Source: a virus
Reading direction: 5' to 3' (one strand)
IMG/VR virus record: IMGVR_UViG_3300045988_077302
Location: 1 to 41,356 of that record
DNA: 41,356 bases
Positions 41,188-41,356 of the stretch are shown piece by piece (the first letter of the stretch is position 1; the number at the start of each line of letters is the position of its first letter). The notes beneath the pieces were generated by a model. That model was not told where the DNA came from, ran no database searches, and saw only the letters and a list, made by a program, of their open reading frames with translations. Both the position numbers and the translations under genes were made by a program.

Positions 41188-41356
41188 ATGAGATACCCAT
41201 GTTTAGTACCTAAAAAGCTCTGCAAGGTAGATATACACGTCCATCTGGAGTCTGAAGACGTGAATAACCACGGAGAGCCGGAGCAGATACTTGATCTGGA
41301 TCTGAAATGTAACTTTCAGGACCGAGCTAAGACAATCCTGACGGCGGAAAAAAAAC
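41188..41356 (+). CDS. Head-closure / adaptor protein, N-terminal part (continues at 1..255)
   Basis: From ATG 41188 the frame is open to the contig end and is in phase with frame 1 at base 1 through the 85-nt overlap. Confidence 0.65.
   Translation, partial: MRYPCLVPKKLCKVDIHVHLESEDVNNHGEPEQILDLDLKCNFQDRAKTILTAEKK
41272..41356. repeat. Terminal overlap, copy 2 (identical to 1..85)
   Basis: Read directly. It lies in frame inside the ORF that starts at 41188. Confidence 0.95.

Larger units (their letters stand above)
1..41356. mobile_element. Complete circularly closed genome of a temperate siphovirus-like phage (unique length 41271 bp)
   Basis: Carries full head, neck, tail, lysis, lysogeny, replication and packaging modules. 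There is an 85-nt exact terminal overlap, and one ORF is continuous across the junction. Confidence 0.9.

Noticed and set aside
1-41356. tRNA, rRNA, transposase or IS elements
   Set aside because: Reading the intergenic regions showed no cloverleaf-like or rRNA-like sequence, and none of the ORFs has transposase motifs.

Overview
The window is one complete, circularly closed genome of a temperate phage with a long non-contractile tail, from a Gram-positive (Bacillota/Clostridia-like) host. The first 85 nt are identical to the last 85 nt, so the unique length is 41271 bp, and one gene (41188..41356 joined to 1..255) runs across the junction. Nearly all genes are on the + strand. In order they are: neck and tail (1..13353), an XhlA/holin/amidase lysis cassette (13373..14835), two post-lysis morons (a Bro-N protein and an XRE regulator), and an AT-rich non-coding att-proximal region (16149..16663). 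A minus-strand lysogeny operon follows at 16664..20292 (repressor, ImmA protease, Zn-ribbon membrane protein, large serine integrase, 60-aa ORF), then a divergent switch region (20293..20488). The + strand resumes with a Cro-like gene and tiny early ORFs, then a replication/recombination module (Gp157-like, P-loop ATPase, DUF669-like, CHC2 zinc finger, DUF927-like helicase, iteron origin, resolvase, SF2 helicase). After that come small ORFs and an HNH-like gene, a sigma-r4-like regulator, terS, terL, portal, a MuF/gp7 protein, scaffold, major capsid and connector. The points most worth a second look are: (1) the MuF/gp7 minor head protein carries a C-terminal HExxH zincin-like cassette, followed by a 57-aa ORF and a YjcQ-like gene in an AT-rich island; (2) four + strand promoter-to-terminator mini-cassettes (candidate sRNAs) flank the integrase, one antisense to its leader; (3) the late operon is interrupted by several strand-specific intrinsic terminators sitting directly in front of terS, the scaffold gene, the endolysin and the Bro-N gene, and two of them are paired with the same 14-bp perfect palindrome; (4) an iteron-type origin; (5) terL is split by a -1 frameshift just before its Walker A motif. 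All functional calls rest on motifs read by eye, gene order and gene size. No database search was possible.
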